Assembly: GCA_045536855.1 (NCBI GenBank)
Contig: JAZSOJ010000153.1
Span: forward strand, 1 to 39,983
From: Clostridia bacterium
Lineage (GTDB): Bacteria > Bacillota > Clostridia > UBA1381 > UBA9506
DNA: 39,983 bases
Direction of reading: 5' to 3'
Under the pieces are notes generated by a model. That model was not told the DNA's origin. It worked only from the letters and a program-made list of their open reading frames with translations, and did not search any database. A program made the position numbers and the translations under genes. Below, one piece after another: positions 6,669 through 15,556 of this stretch (position 1 is its first letter; every line of letters begins with the position of its first letter).

Positions 6669-7061
6669 ATGAAACTGAAATCCATCGCCCGTGAAACCGC
6701 TGCCGGCATCCTGCTGGTTGCCATCGGCTTGCTGCTGTTCGTACTGTTGTACGGCATCGGCTTGACCCTGTTCGACATCCCAGCCGCCTGTGCTGAGGAA
6801 ACCCGCTGCCCGGTGGCTGTGGTCAATGTCAACCCCGGCAGCAGCCTCAATGTGCGGGAATCGCCCAATGGGCGGGTGGTGGGCAGCCTGAGCCGGGGCG
6901 CTGATGTGGTGGTGCTGGATCGGCAAAACGGCTGGTCGCTGGTCACCACCGAGCGGGATATGGCGCATGGTCATAGGCCGCTGGGCTGGGTCTACGCTGA
7001 CTATCTGGAAGAGTACCGATTTATCTTCCTGCCCAAAGAACAAAAAGCAAACGGCCTGTGA
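6669..7061 (+). CDS. membrane-anchored SH3b-domain protein
   Basis: ATG 6669 follows GAAAGGAG. TM helix AAGILLVAIGLLLFVLLYGIGL, then VNVNPGSSLNVRESPNGRVVGSLSRGADVVVLDRQNGWSLV (bacterial SH3 pattern). Confidence 0.6.
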   Translation: MKLKSIARETAAGILLVAIGLLLFVLLYGIGLTLFDIPAACAEETRCPVAVVNVNPGSSLNVRESPNGRVVGSLSRGADVVVLDRQNGWSLVTTERDMAHGHRPLGWVYADYLEEYRFIFLPKEQKANGL

Positions 7062-7141
7062 CACAAGGCCACAGACCGCTCACACTCACTACTAACTACT
7101 CACTAGCACTTAGATTGTATCACAAATCGGAGGAAAACACA

Positions 7142-7561
7142 ATGGATTATGCGATTTTGCGAGCCGATCAAAACCCCGATTTCGTTTATTTTGAGGATGA
7201 CACCCGCCCAGCCGATCATGTGTGCCCCACCTGCCAATCTGAATGGTGGCACGAGGACGGCGAATGGAACAGCGTCGGCATCTGGTCTGGCGTGGAGGAT
7301 CCCCGGCTGGGTCGCTACTGCCCCAATTGCGCCGAGGGCTATGTGACCAACAACGGCCTGTATAAGGCGCTGAAAAACGAGCGCCGCAGCACCACCTTGA
7401 AGCGTGAGGTTGTGGAGTTCATCCGCAAGAACGCCGATGACCTGCGCATCATCGATGCGGTGCTGGAGGCCGACCCTGATCTGTTTCGGGATGCTGCCCT
7501 GTATGTGCTGGGCGACCAGCACCCCGAAGAGCTTTGGGAGGTGGCACGGAATGAAGCATAG
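7142..7561 (+). CDS. hypothetical zinc-ribbon protein
   Basis: ATG 7142 follows GGAGGA. CPTC...CPNC pair. Confidence 0.55.
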   Translation: MDYAILRADQNPDFVYFEDDTRPADHVCPTCQSEWWHEDGEWNSVGIWSGVEDPRLGRYCPNCAEGYVTNNGLYKALKNERRSTTLKREVVEFIRKNADDLRIIDAVLEADPDLFRDAALYVLGDQHPEELWEVARNEA

Positions 7562-7736
7562 AGGGTATGTGGTGTGTGTCGAGTGTGGCGCACATCTTGA
7601 CCCAGGCGAACGGTGCGACTGCGAGAAGCGCACCGCAGAACAGCGCAGAGAGAACCGCAAGAAAAGCACTTGGACGGCTCTGCTGAAAAATGTAGAAAAC
7701 ATCAATCGTGCATGGGACGATTGGATGAATGATTGA
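7551..7736 (+). CDS. small Cys-cluster protein (61 aa)
   Basis: ATG 7551 overlaps the upstream gene end. MKHRGYVVCVECGAHLDPGERCDCEKR... Confidence 0.45.
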   Translation: MKHRGYVVCVECGAHLDPGERCDCEKRTAEQRRENRKKSTWTALLKNVENINRAWDDWMND

Positions 7737-7749
7737 AGGAGGAACAACC

Positions 7750-7950
7750 ATGTTTGAAGACCGTATCACTATCACCCCGAAGGAAGCAGCCGGAATGCTG
7801 GGTCTGTCTACGGCCACTATGTATAAGCTGGTACACAGCGAGGGCTTCCCCTCTGTCCGTATCGGCAAAAAGATTTTTGTCAGCGTGGAGGGCTTGAAGA
7901 ACTGGGTCAACGAGCGCAGCGGGACAGGAGCAAAGAAAGACGATGCCTGA
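7750..7950 (+). CDS. excisionase-family/MerR-like HTH DNA-binding protein
   Basis: ATG 7750 follows GAAGGAGG. ITPKEAAGMLGLSTATMYKLVHSEGFPSVRIGKKIFVSVEGLKNWV matches the Xis-type winged-helix pattern. Confidence 0.7.
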   Translation: MFEDRITITPKEAAGMLGLSTATMYKLVHSEGFPSVRIGKKIFVSVEGLKNWVNERSGTGAKKDDA

Positions 7951-8152
7951 CCACATCACCCTCTACCTCCCCATCCGCTTCCCCGTTGACCAGATCAACT
8001 GCAACAATTGTTTCCTGTGCCAGCAAGACCCCCACAACCGCAATCGCCTTGTGTGCCTTGCATGGCCTCAGACCATCACAAACCCCGCCAGCATGGGCTG
8101 GATGTGCCCGCTGAGATGGGGGAAGGAGGATAAACCGAATGGATGCGTTTAA
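7943..8152 (+). CDS. small Cys-rich hypothetical protein
   Basis: Overlaps both neighbours by a few nt. Weak RBS. Confidence 0.35.
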   Translation: MPDHITLYLPIRFPVDQINCNNCFLCQQDPHNRNRLVCLAWPQTITNPASMGWMCPLRWGKEDKPNGCV

Positions 8153-8753
8153 CACCCTTTATAAGATCGATTGCAACGGGCATACCGAGCAGAAGAACGG
8201 CCTGACCTACCTCAGCTGGGCATGGGCATGGGCTGAAATCAAAAAGGCATACCCCGCCAGCTTCTACACAATCTATGAGAACGCCAGCGGCTGGTGCTAC
8301 CACACCGATGGGAAAACCTGCTGGGTCAAAACCGGTGTGACTATTGTTGACAATATATATGGTGTGGTGGATGGCGAAACTGGAACCGTGACCCCAATAT
8401 CCAATCAGCTTGAGCACATCGAATATCTGCCGGTGATGGATCACCGCAACAAGAGCATCCCTCTTGAGCAGGTGACCAGCTTCGACGTGAACAAGGCGAT
8501 TCAGCGCAGCTTGACCAAAGCAGCAGCCCGTCATGGCTTGGGGCTGTACATCTACGCCGGAGAGGATCTTCCTGAGAGCGACCCGCCCAAATTCCATTGT
8601 AACGACTGCGGGCAGGAGATCACCGAGACCATCATCAACGGCAAAGCCTACAGCGCCGATAAGATGGTAACCGCAACCGTGAAAAACTACGGCACAGCCC
8701 TTTGCATAGGCTGCAAGACCAAACGGGATGCAGCAGCCAACCCCACCGACTAA
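8139..8753 (+). CDS. Rad52/Sak-type single-strand annealing protein (DUF1071-like) with a C-terminal zinc ribbon
   Basis: GLTYLSWAWAWAEIKK and HGLGLYIYAGEDLP motifs as I recall them for phage Sak/Rad52-like annealases. CNDCG...CIGC tail. Strong RBS GGAAGGAGG. Confidence 0.65.
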   Translation: MDAFNTLYKIDCNGHTEQKNGLTYLSWAWAWAEIKKAYPASFYTIYENASGWCYHTDGKTCWVKTGVTIVDNIYGVVDGETGTVTPISNQLEHIEYLPVMDHRNKSIPLEQVTSFDVNKAIQRSLTKAAARHGLGLYIYAGEDLPESDPPKFHCNDCGQEITETIINGKAYSADKMVTATVKNYGTALCIGCKTKRDAAANPTD

Positions 8754-8890
8754 CCCATGCTGATCCGCAGCATTTTCATCCAGCTATAAGCTGGGCAGGG
8801 TCTTCCCTCTTTCCACCCTGCGCCATCTCGTGTCGTATGCGCTGGTACCGCTGCGACGGGTAAGGTGGCTATCTTTTGGAGGTTTACGCA

Positions 8891-9571
8891 ATGATTACCA
8901 CCATCGGTAAAGCGTTTGAGCATAAGGACGGCATGGCGATCAAGACCACTCGTCCCCCTGCCGAGAACCTGAGCGATACCGTCACGGTCATATGGCAGGA
9001 TAAGCGCACTATCAGCCCTGAGCAACGCCGAAAAGCCTTTGCCCTCATCGGCGAGATCATGGCGTGGGACGGGCTGCGTGGGAAGAACGAGCAAGACAGG
9101 CTCCATGCGCAGCTGAAAGGGATGTTCCTCATCCGCTGCATGGATGACCTGACCGCCGAAGCCATCCGCACCTTTTCGCTTCATGACTGCAGCATGGATA
9201 CTGCTCGGCTCTACATTACCTTTTTGATCGACATGATCATAGACCAAGGCATCCCCACCAAGGAATCGCTCATCTCCCTTGCAGACGACATCGAAGCCTA
9301 TGTCTACAAATGCAGCATATCCCAAAAGTGCTGCGTATGCGGAAAAAAGGCTGGTGTCCACCACGTTGATAAGATTGGCATGGGCAGGGACAGGGATTTC
9401 ATCAACCATATCGGTATGCTGCATCTGCCGTTGTGCTGGGGCGTAAACAGCCACCATCAGGAGGTAGAGCATATCGGCAATGCAGCGTTTTTGGAAAAGT
9501 ATCATCTCCCGGCGATCCCCATCGATGAGAGGATCGCCCGAATCTACAAACTGAGGAGGCAAGCGAAATGA
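8891..9571 (+). CDS. putative HNH-type nuclease (HNHc_6-like) of the recombination module
   Basis: ATG 8891 follows TGGAGG. CCVCGKKAGVHHVDKIGMGRDRD...LPLCWGVNSHHQEVEH is a Cys/His nuclease-like motif. Sits between the annealase and SSB. Confidence 0.5.
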   Translation: MITTIGKAFEHKDGMAIKTTRPPAENLSDTVTVIWQDKRTISPEQRRKAFALIGEIMAWDGLRGKNEQDRLHAQLKGMFLIRCMDDLTAEAIRTFSLHDCSMDTARLYITFLIDMIIDQGIPTKESLISLADDIEAYVYKCSISQKCCVCGKKAGVHHVDKIGMGRDRDFINHIGMLHLPLCWGVNSHHQEVEHIGNAAFLEKYHLPAIPIDERIARIYKLRRQAK

Positions 9572-9981
9572 ACAAATTGACCATCATCGGCAACCTGACC
9601 AAAGACCCGGAAACACGCACTACCCAATCGGGCAGCACCGTCTGCTCGTTTACGCTGGCGGTGAACCGCCGCCGGTCTCAGAACGGCAACCAGCCCGAAG
9701 CGGATTTCTTCCGGGTAAACGCATGGAACCAGCTGGGCGAAATTTGCCAGAAGTACCTCACCAAGGGCAGCAAGGCCGCCGTGGTGGGTCGTGTGTCTGT
9801 CAGCACCTATCAGGCCAACGACGGCACTACCCGTGCCAGTCTGGATGTGATGGCTGAGGATGTGGAGTTCCTTGGCACCAAGGGCGAGCAGCAGGCCGCA
9901 CCCGTGCAGAGCGCACCCAAGCCCCAGCAGCCCAACCCCGGCTGGCAGGAAGTTGATGACGATGAAGACTTGCCTTTCTAA
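9568..9981 (+). CDS. ssb: single-stranded DNA-binding protein
   Basis: OB-fold N-terminus MNKLTIIGNLTKDPETRTTQSGSTVCSFTLAVNR; acidic tail DDDEDLPF. Confidence 0.93.
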   Translation: MNKLTIIGNLTKDPETRTTQSGSTVCSFTLAVNRRRSQNGNQPEADFFRVNAWNQLGEICQKYLTKGSKAAVVGRVSVSTYQANDGTTRASLDVMAEDVEFLGTKGEQQAAPVQSAPKPQQPNPGWQEVDDDEDLPF

Positions 9982-9994
9982 GGAGAGATGACAG

Positions 9995-10711
9995 ATGGAG
10001 CTGTATGCGCTGAACGAAGCGTTTTACACCTTGCAGATGATGAATCCGCTGTCATCCGGTCAGATCGCCTTATGGCACGCCATCGTGCGCATAGCGAACA
10101 AAAGCCGCTGGCAGGAATGGTTCACGATTGCAAGCATTACGCTTGTTCAATTGACAGGGCTTTCCCCCGAAGGGGTGAAAAAAGCCCGCAATGAGCTGAA
10201 ACAGCGTGGATTGATAGACTTCAAGCCCGACAAGGGGCGGGCAACACGATACAAACTGGTGGATATATCAAAAAGTACCCCGGTTAGTACCTTAGTTAGT
10301 ACCCCGGTTAGTACCGCATTAAATAAACAAGACATAAACGATACCACCCCCTTACCCCCACAGGGGGAATCGCCTGACGGCGGTGGTGGTGCAAGCCGTT
10401 ACATCGACGAGCATATCCGGGGGATGACCCCCGGCAACTGGGAGGAACTGCGCAGCTACCTCGATGACGGTCTCACCATGGATCTGATCCGTCATGCGGT
10501 AGACGAAGCCGCAGCCCAGCAGAAACGAAACTGGGCATACGTTCGTGGCATCCTAAACCGCTACCTGACCGAGGGCATCAAAACCGTGGAGCAGGCAAAG
10601 GGCGGGGATAAGCCACAGCAGCCACAGCAGCCACCACGCACCCGTATCGAGCGGTATAACATCGTCAAAAACGGAAAGCTGATCGAATGCACACGGGAGG
10701 TGCCCATATGA
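9995..10711 (+). CDS. DnaD-domain replication initiation/organiser protein
   Basis: N-terminal winged-helix-like region. C-terminal DnaD/DnaB_2 motif KRNWAYVRGILNRYLTEGIKTVEQA. Precedes the helicase with an ATGA overlap. Confidence 0.75.
   Translation: MELYALNEAFYTLQMMNPLSSGQIALWHAIVRIANKSRWQEWFTIASITLVQLTGLSPEGVKKARNELKQRGLIDFKPDKGRATRYKLVDISKSTPVSTLVSTPVSTALNKQDINDTTPLPPQGESPDGGGGASRYIDEHIRGMTPGNWEELRSYLDDGLTMDLIRHAVDEAAAQQKRNWAYVRGILNRYLTEGIKTVEQAKGGDKPQQPQQPPRTRIERYNIVKNGKLIECTREVPI
10274..10315 (+). repeat. 12-nt-phased AGTACC iterons inside the initiator gene (candidate ori)
   Basis: AGTACC at 10274, 10286, 10298 and 10310; GTTAGTACC x3. Encodes STPVSTLVSTPVST. An AT-rich stretch follows at 10316-10345. 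Confidence 0.55.
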
Positions 10712-12027
10712 CCCCCAGCATCTACAGTGACATCTCCGCCGAACGCAGTGTGATTGGCTCTATCGTGCAGGACAGCACATGTCTCGACCTGCTGGATGTG
10801 CTTACCCCAGAGGACTACACCTCCCCCGAGTACGCCATCATTCACCGAACGATGGCTACTCTTCGGGCACGGCGACAGCCGGTAGATTTGCAAACGGTCT
10901 CCAGCGCACTGCCGGTGGAGATGCGGCGCAACGGCGCAGCCATCCTTCTGGAGGCTATGCGCAGCGTGCCAAGCACTGCAAACGCCAGCCACTACGCAGA
11001 GATCGTCAAGGAGCGCAGCCGCCGAAGAGCTGTTAAACGCATCTGCGAGGATGCCATCCGCCAGCTGGAGGACGGTGCAGATGTGGCAGCAGATGCCGCC
11101 CTTGATGCCCTCCGGACGATGGCTGGCGGCAGCGATATGTGCATCTCCGCCGCTCAGATCGCCAGCCAAACGTATGACATGGTGGAGGCTATCGCTGCCG
11201 GTAAGCTGCCGTCCATCCCCACCCCCTTGCCCGACCTCAACGCCATCATGAGTGGCGGTGAGCGCAAAGGCGAATTCACCGTGCTTGCCGCCTACACTGG
11301 GCAGGGCAAATCCGCATTTGCGCAGGCTGTAGCGATGACCGCAGCCCGAAAAGGGTACCGTGTACTGCTTGTCAGCCGTGAAATGAGTGCGGAGCAGTAC
11401 GGGTTGCGAGCGTTTTCCAGCCTGTGCGATCTGACATCCTACGACATGCACGAATCCAAGAGCATGGATGGCGACCAGTGGGCGGCACTCGCCCGTGCGG
11501 CTGCGGACTTCGGACAACTGCCAATCCAGTTTACCGACCGGGCGGCAACCGTGGAGGATGTGCGCAGGATCGCACGATCCATGCGGGGTCTCGACCTGCT
11601 CATCGTGGACTACATCCAAATCCTGCGGGCGCAGGGCAACTTCGCCAGCGACAACAGCAGGGTAGCGCACATCTCCCGCACGCTCAAGGAGATTTCTCTT
11701 GACCTCAAGATTCCCGTGCTTGCCCTCAGCCAATTATCCCGCCCTCCCAAGGGCATCGCCAAGCGGCGACCCCAGCTCAGCGACCTGCGTGACAGCGGCA
11801 GCATCGAGCAGGATGCCGATAATGTGTGGCTCATGTGGCAGCCCACCGGCGAGGATGACCCCGACATCCCGCCGGATTATGCCGGATGGTACACGGCGGC
11901 ACAGGATATGGGTGACCGGTTCCTGCTGCTGGATGTGGCAAAGCAGCGCATGGGAAGCATCGGCACCATCGGGGTGGGATTCTCGCCCAAGCGCATGAAA
12001 TTCTATTCACCACAAACGGAGGGATAA
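10708..12027 (+). CDS. dnaB: DnaB-type replicative DNA helicase
   Basis: Walker A AAYTGQGKSAF, Walker B LLIVDYIQIL, LSQLSR and LRDSGSIEQDAD motifs. Confidence 0.92.
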   Translation: MTPSIYSDISAERSVIGSIVQDSTCLDLLDVLTPEDYTSPEYAIIHRTMATLRARRQPVDLQTVSSALPVEMRRNGAAILLEAMRSVPSTANASHYAEIVKERSRRRAVKRICEDAIRQLEDGADVAADAALDALRTMAGGSDMCISAAQIASQTYDMVEAIAAGKLPSIPTPLPDLNAIMSGGERKGEFTVLAAYTGQGKSAFAQAVAMTAARKGYRVLLVSREMSAEQYGLRAFSSLCDLTSYDMHESKSMDGDQWAALARAAADFGQLPIQFTDRAATVEDVRRIARSMRGLDLLIVDYIQILRAQGNFASDNSRVAHISRTLKEISLDLKIPVLALSQLSRPPKGIAKRRPQLSDLRDSGSIEQDADNVWLMWQPTGEDDPDIPPDYAGWYTAAQDMGDRFLLLDVAKQRMGSIGTIGVGFSPKRMKFYSPQTEG

Positions 12028-12030
12028 CCC

Positions 12031-12846
12031 GTGGAAAGAAGGGCACCCAAACAGGTGATACGCCTGTTCAATGACAATTTTCAGAACTACAAGCGGTACA
12101 ACGTACCCAAAGCCCAGCTGGTGATTGCTGACATCCCCTATAACATCGGGCGCAACTTCTACGGCAGCAACCCCATGTGGTACAAAGGCGGCGACAGCAA
12201 AAACGGTGAAAGCAAGCTGGCAGGGAAAGCAGCATTCAATAGCGATTTCAATTTCAACATCGTGGAATATTTCCACTTCTGCAACCGTCTTTTAAAACCC
12301 GAACCCAAGCAGAGCAACGGCAGAGGCAAGAGCAGCGATGCCCCCTGCATGATCGTCTTTTGCAGCTTTGAGCAGCTGCAAACGGTGATAGAGACCGCCA
12401 AACAGTACGGTTTCGCCAATCATATCCCGCTGGTGTTCGTTAAGAACTATTCGCCGCAGGTGCTGAAAGCCAATATGCGCATCTGTGGAGCCACCGAATA
12501 TGGCCTTGTACTCTACCGTGGCAGGCTGCCCAAATTCCGAAACGGTGGGCATATGGTGTTCAACTGGTTTGAGTGGAAGCGGGACAGCACCAAGGAATAT
12601 CCCAAAATCCACCCGGCACAAAAGCCTGTATCGCTGCTGAAACGGCTGATCGAAATCTTCACCGATCCGGGGGATGTGGTGATTGACCCATGCGCCGGAA
12701 GTGGCTCCACGCTGAGGGCTGCCATGGAAAGCGGACGATCCGCATACGGGTTTGAAATCAGCCGGGATTTCTACCGGCAGGCGCAAGAAAAAATGCTTGC
12801 CGTGGATCATACTCAGGTGTCTATGTTTTCAGTTTTGGAGGGATAA
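12031..12846 (+). CDS. N6-adenine/N4-cytosine DNA methyltransferase (beta class)
   Basis: Catalytic VIADIPYNIG (DPPY-type) lies N-terminal to the AdoMet motif VIDPCAGSGSTLRAA; HPAQKPVSLLKRLI. GTG start. Confidence 0.88.
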   Translation: MERRAPKQVIRLFNDNFQNYKRYNVPKAQLVIADIPYNIGRNFYGSNPMWYKGGDSKNGESKLAGKAAFNSDFNFNIVEYFHFCNRLLKPEPKQSNGRGKSSDAPCMIVFCSFEQLQTVIETAKQYGFANHIPLVFVKNYSPQVLKANMRICGATEYGLVLYRGRLPKFRNGGHMVFNWFEWKRDSTKEYPKIHPAQKPVSLLKRLIEIFTDPGDVVIDPCAGSGSTLRAAMESGRSAYGFEISRDFYRQAQEKMLAVDHTQVSMFSVLEG

Positions 12847-12849
12847 CCC

Positions 12850-13275
12850 ATGAAAGCCAACTTTACTATCTTCGGGCGCCCGCAGGGCAAAGGCCGTCCA
12901 CGCTTTGGTCAGGGGCGCACCTACACCCCCAAGGCGACCCGTGACTATGAACTGCGCATCGCCGATGCGTATCGGGATATGTGCCGCATCAATGGCACAG
13001 TACAGCATTTCGGTGACCGCCCCATCCGTATGGAGATCATCGCCTTTTACCCGCTGCCCAAAAGCTCCACCAAAGCGGTGCAGCAAGCAGCATTCAGCGG
13101 CGAGATTTACCCCATGATCCGGCCTGATCTGGATAACATCGTTAAGACCGTTATGGATGCCCTCAACGGCGTGGCCTATGACGATGACAAGCAGGTGATG
13201 CACATTGTGGCGCACAAACGTTTCGGCATCGAGGGCATGGTGTCCGTGATGCTGACGGATGAGGTGAGCTTATGA
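12850..13275 (+). CDS. rusA: RusA-family Holliday junction resolvase
   Basis: FGRPQGKGRPRF..., RPDLDNIVKTVMDALNGVAYDDDKQV. Confidence 0.88.
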   Translation: MKANFTIFGRPQGKGRPRFGQGRTYTPKATRDYELRIADAYRDMCRINGTVQHFGDRPIRMEIIAFYPLPKSSTKAVQQAAFSGEIYPMIRPDLDNIVKTVMDALNGVAYDDDKQVMHIVAHKRFGIEGMVSVMLTDEVSL

Positions 13276-13574
13276 TGCAGCACGAAAGCGAAGCCCATGC
13301 GTGGATGGATCCCCAAGAGATCAAAAAGCCATCCACCCTGCGCAATATGTACCTGTGTGTAAATAGCAAAGGCCGCACCGCCGAAGCAACCGATTGTATG
13401 GCCTGTGCTGCTCCATGCGGTTATGGTCTGCGCTATCTGGATTTGCTGGGTATGCCGCACCCGGTGCAGCTGGGGAGCGAGCTGGAACGCATCATGACCA
13501 CGCCAAAGGTGAGCATCTACGATGTGCTGCACTATTTCCGGATTCACGAGAAAAAAGTGAGTCTGGTTGATTAA
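13272..13574 (+). CDS. hypothetical protein
   Basis: ATGA overlap with rusA; RBS GAGGTGA. Confidence 0.5.
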   Translation: MMQHESEAHAWMDPQEIKKPSTLRNMYLCVNSKGRTAEATDCMACAAPCGYGLRYLDLLGMPHPVQLGSELERIMTTPKVSIYDVLHYFRIHEKKVSLVD

Positions 13575-13585
13575 GGGGGCGTTTG

Positions 13586-14377
13586 ATGGAGCATGTGTTG
13601 TCTCTGAGCTACGGCAAGAATTCTCTTGCCTGTCTGGGAGCTATCGAGCAGTTGGGATGGCCTCTGGATCGCATCGTGCATGCAGAGGTATGGGCTACTG
13701 ACACCATCCCGGCTGATCTGCCGCCCATGGTGGAATTCAAGGCCAAGGCTGATGAGATCATCCTGCGGCGGTGGGGAATCCGGGTGGAGCATTTTCGGGC
13801 TGATGTGAGCTATCAGGATGTGTTTTACAGGCATAGGGCTTATTCACGGTGGAAAGGTTTGCCTGTTGCAGAGATATACGGTTTCCCCTTTCAAAAAGGG
13901 GCGTGGTGCAATGACCGTTTGAAAATGGCAGCCATAAAAAAAGCCAAGACGAAGAACAGCATTTCATACGTTGGCATTGCATCGGATGAGCATTTGCGCA
14001 TAGAAAGGCATCAGAAAAAGTCGGATGTCAAAATGCCCCTTGTCGAAGCCGGTTGGACAGAGGCCATGTGCCGGGACTGGTGCCAGCAGAACGATCTTTT
14101 ATCGCCCATCTACACCACCGCAGCACGGGGGGGCTGCTGGTTCTGCCACAATCAAGGCGTTGACCAGCTTCGCATCCTGCGCAAAACCTACCCGGAATAC
14201 TGGAAGCTGCTGCTTAAATGGGACAACGACAGCCCGGTCACGTTCAAAGCCGATGGGCATACCGTCCATGATTTTGAAGAGCGTTTCCAGCTGGAAGATG
14301 AGCTGCTGATCGACCCATCAAAACCGTTCCGCTGGTCCATGCTGACCAGCGACCTACAATATCGCATGGACATTTAA
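13586..14377 (+). CDS. PAPS reductase/PP-loop (adenine nucleotide alpha-hydrolase) family protein
   Basis: ATG 13586 sits 6 nt after AAGGGGG. N-terminal PP-loop-like SLSYGKNSLA (canonical SGGKDS). C-terminal GGCWFCHNQ Cys motif. Confidence 0.7.
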   Translation: MEHVLSLSYGKNSLACLGAIEQLGWPLDRIVHAEVWATDTIPADLPPMVEFKAKADEIILRRWGIRVEHFRADVSYQDVFYRHRAYSRWKGLPVAEIYGFPFQKGAWCNDRLKMAAIKKAKTKNSISYVGIASDEHLRIERHQKKSDVKMPLVEAGWTEAMCRDWCQQNDLLSPIYTTAARGGCWFCHNQGVDQLRILRKTYPEYWKLLLKWDNDSPVTFKADGHTVHDFEERFQLEDELLIDPSKPFRWSMLTSDLQYRMDI

Positions 14378-14390
14378 GGAGGGGCTACAC

Positions 14391-14891
14391 ATGCAAGACT
14401 ACCGAAAACTATCCTCTGACGAGGTGGTGGCGCTGACCACCATCAACTGCTGCTCCAACGCCCTGCGGGATAACGCCGGGAAGCTGTCTCGCCGTCTGAG
14501 GGGGGGCGAGCTGGAAAACAGCCTCGCTCATGCTGCCGATGTGGTGGCTGGCGTGGTGGAAAATCTGGTGGAGGGCGCACCCGATCCCGATCAGCGAACA
14601 ATGATCCTGCGGCGCATGGCTGGCCTGAATTTGCAATTCGGGCACACCCGCAAGCACCCGGAGGACATCGTCATCATGGATATGCACGATGCCCAACTGC
14701 TGCTGGCTCCCCTGTTTGACCGCTGCGATCTGGAATGCCCGTTCGAGGCCACCGACGCAGATGGCAACCGCATTGCCGACCGTGCCGCCGTCAAGGGCTG
14801 CGAAATCCGCAAGGCGTTGATCCGGCTGGGCGTGGCTGAAACGGGGCTGGGCGGGGAGTGTAGGTTTCAATATCTGGTAGGAGGGAAATAA
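14391..14891 (+). CDS. hypothetical protein
   Basis: Strong RBS AAGGAGGGG; 166 aa; no family recognised. Confidence 0.55.
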   Translation: MQDYRKLSSDEVVALTTINCCSNALRDNAGKLSRRLRGGELENSLAHAADVVAGVVENLVEGAPDPDQRTMILRRMAGLNLQFGHTRKHPEDIVIMDMHDAQLLLAPLFDRCDLECPFEATDADGNRIADRAAVKGCEIRKALIRLGVAETGLGGECRFQYLVGGK

Positions 14892-14892
14892 T

Positions 14893-15222
14893 ATGGCAGA
14901 GGTTAGGCCGATTGACGGCAATTTGCTACTGGAATGCTTGAGGTCGTTAAAAAATCATTTCCAAGAAAAAAATGAAGTGCTGCAGGTGCTTAGTATCGAA
15001 TTTGTTCTTTCGATTTTCGAGACGGAAGGCGTATTGCCAACCATTGACTATGAACCCGTGAGGCATGGGGAGTGGGTTGCACGCAAAGAGATTTTTGACG
15101 GCGAGCAAGAGCCAGCGGACGCTATAGGCTGCTCGCAATGCGGAAAATCTCAAAGGGTGTTCAGGAGAACTCCTTACTGCCCTAATTGCGGAGCCAAGAT
15201 GGACGGAGGTGCAAGACGATGA
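14893..15222 (+). CDS. hypothetical protein with a C-terminal zinc ribbon
   Basis: CSQCG...YCPNCGAKMDG; RBS GGAGGG. Confidence 0.55.
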   Translation: MAEVRPIDGNLLLECLRSLKNHFQEKNEVLQVLSIEFVLSIFETEGVLPTIDYEPVRHGEWVARKEIFDGEQEPADAIGCSQCGKSQRVFRRTPYCPNCGAKMDGGARR

Positions 15223-15554
15223 CTGACCGGGAAAAGCTGGTTGAGCTGCTTAATGAAGCATTTATAGAAGCTCAACGGCAAGGAAACCGAACAACAGGAT
15301 ACGTTGCTGACCACCTTCTCGCCAACGGCGTGACGGTGCAGGGGTGGATCAGCGTCAAAGACGAGTTGCCAAAATCGGAAGTGTTGGCTGCAAATTTTGC
15401 TCCTGGAACACACGGTTACAAGGAGCATATCATAGGATTTGTATCAGGCGAAAGATGTACCGAATCGGGCGGGTGCTTTGCGGAAAACGATTATGAAATT
15501 TTGCATGATGTCACCCATTGGATGTCCCTGCCCAAACTGCCGAAGGAGGAATGA
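15219..15554 (+). CDS. DUF551-like phage protein
   Basis: ATGA overlap start. WISVKDELP ... THWMSLPKLP pattern as I recall it for DUF551. Confidence 0.5.
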   Translation: MTDREKLVELLNEAFIEAQRQGNRTTGYVADHLLANGVTVQGWISVKDELPKSEVLAANFAPGTHGYKEHIIGFVSGERCTESGGCFAENDYEILHDVTHWMSLPKLPKEE

Positions 15555-15556
15555 AC

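Noticed and set aside
7404-7736. 110-aa ORF overlapping the end of 7142-7561
   Set aside because: Only the distal part, from ATG 7551 (MKHRGYVVCVECG...), is plausible. The upstream part is an alternative frame of the preceding gene.
10561-11733. 390-aa minus-strand ORF across the DnaB helicase gene
   Set aside because: The plus-strand frame carries unmistakable DnaB motifs. The minus-strand product has no motifs and is a shadow ORF.
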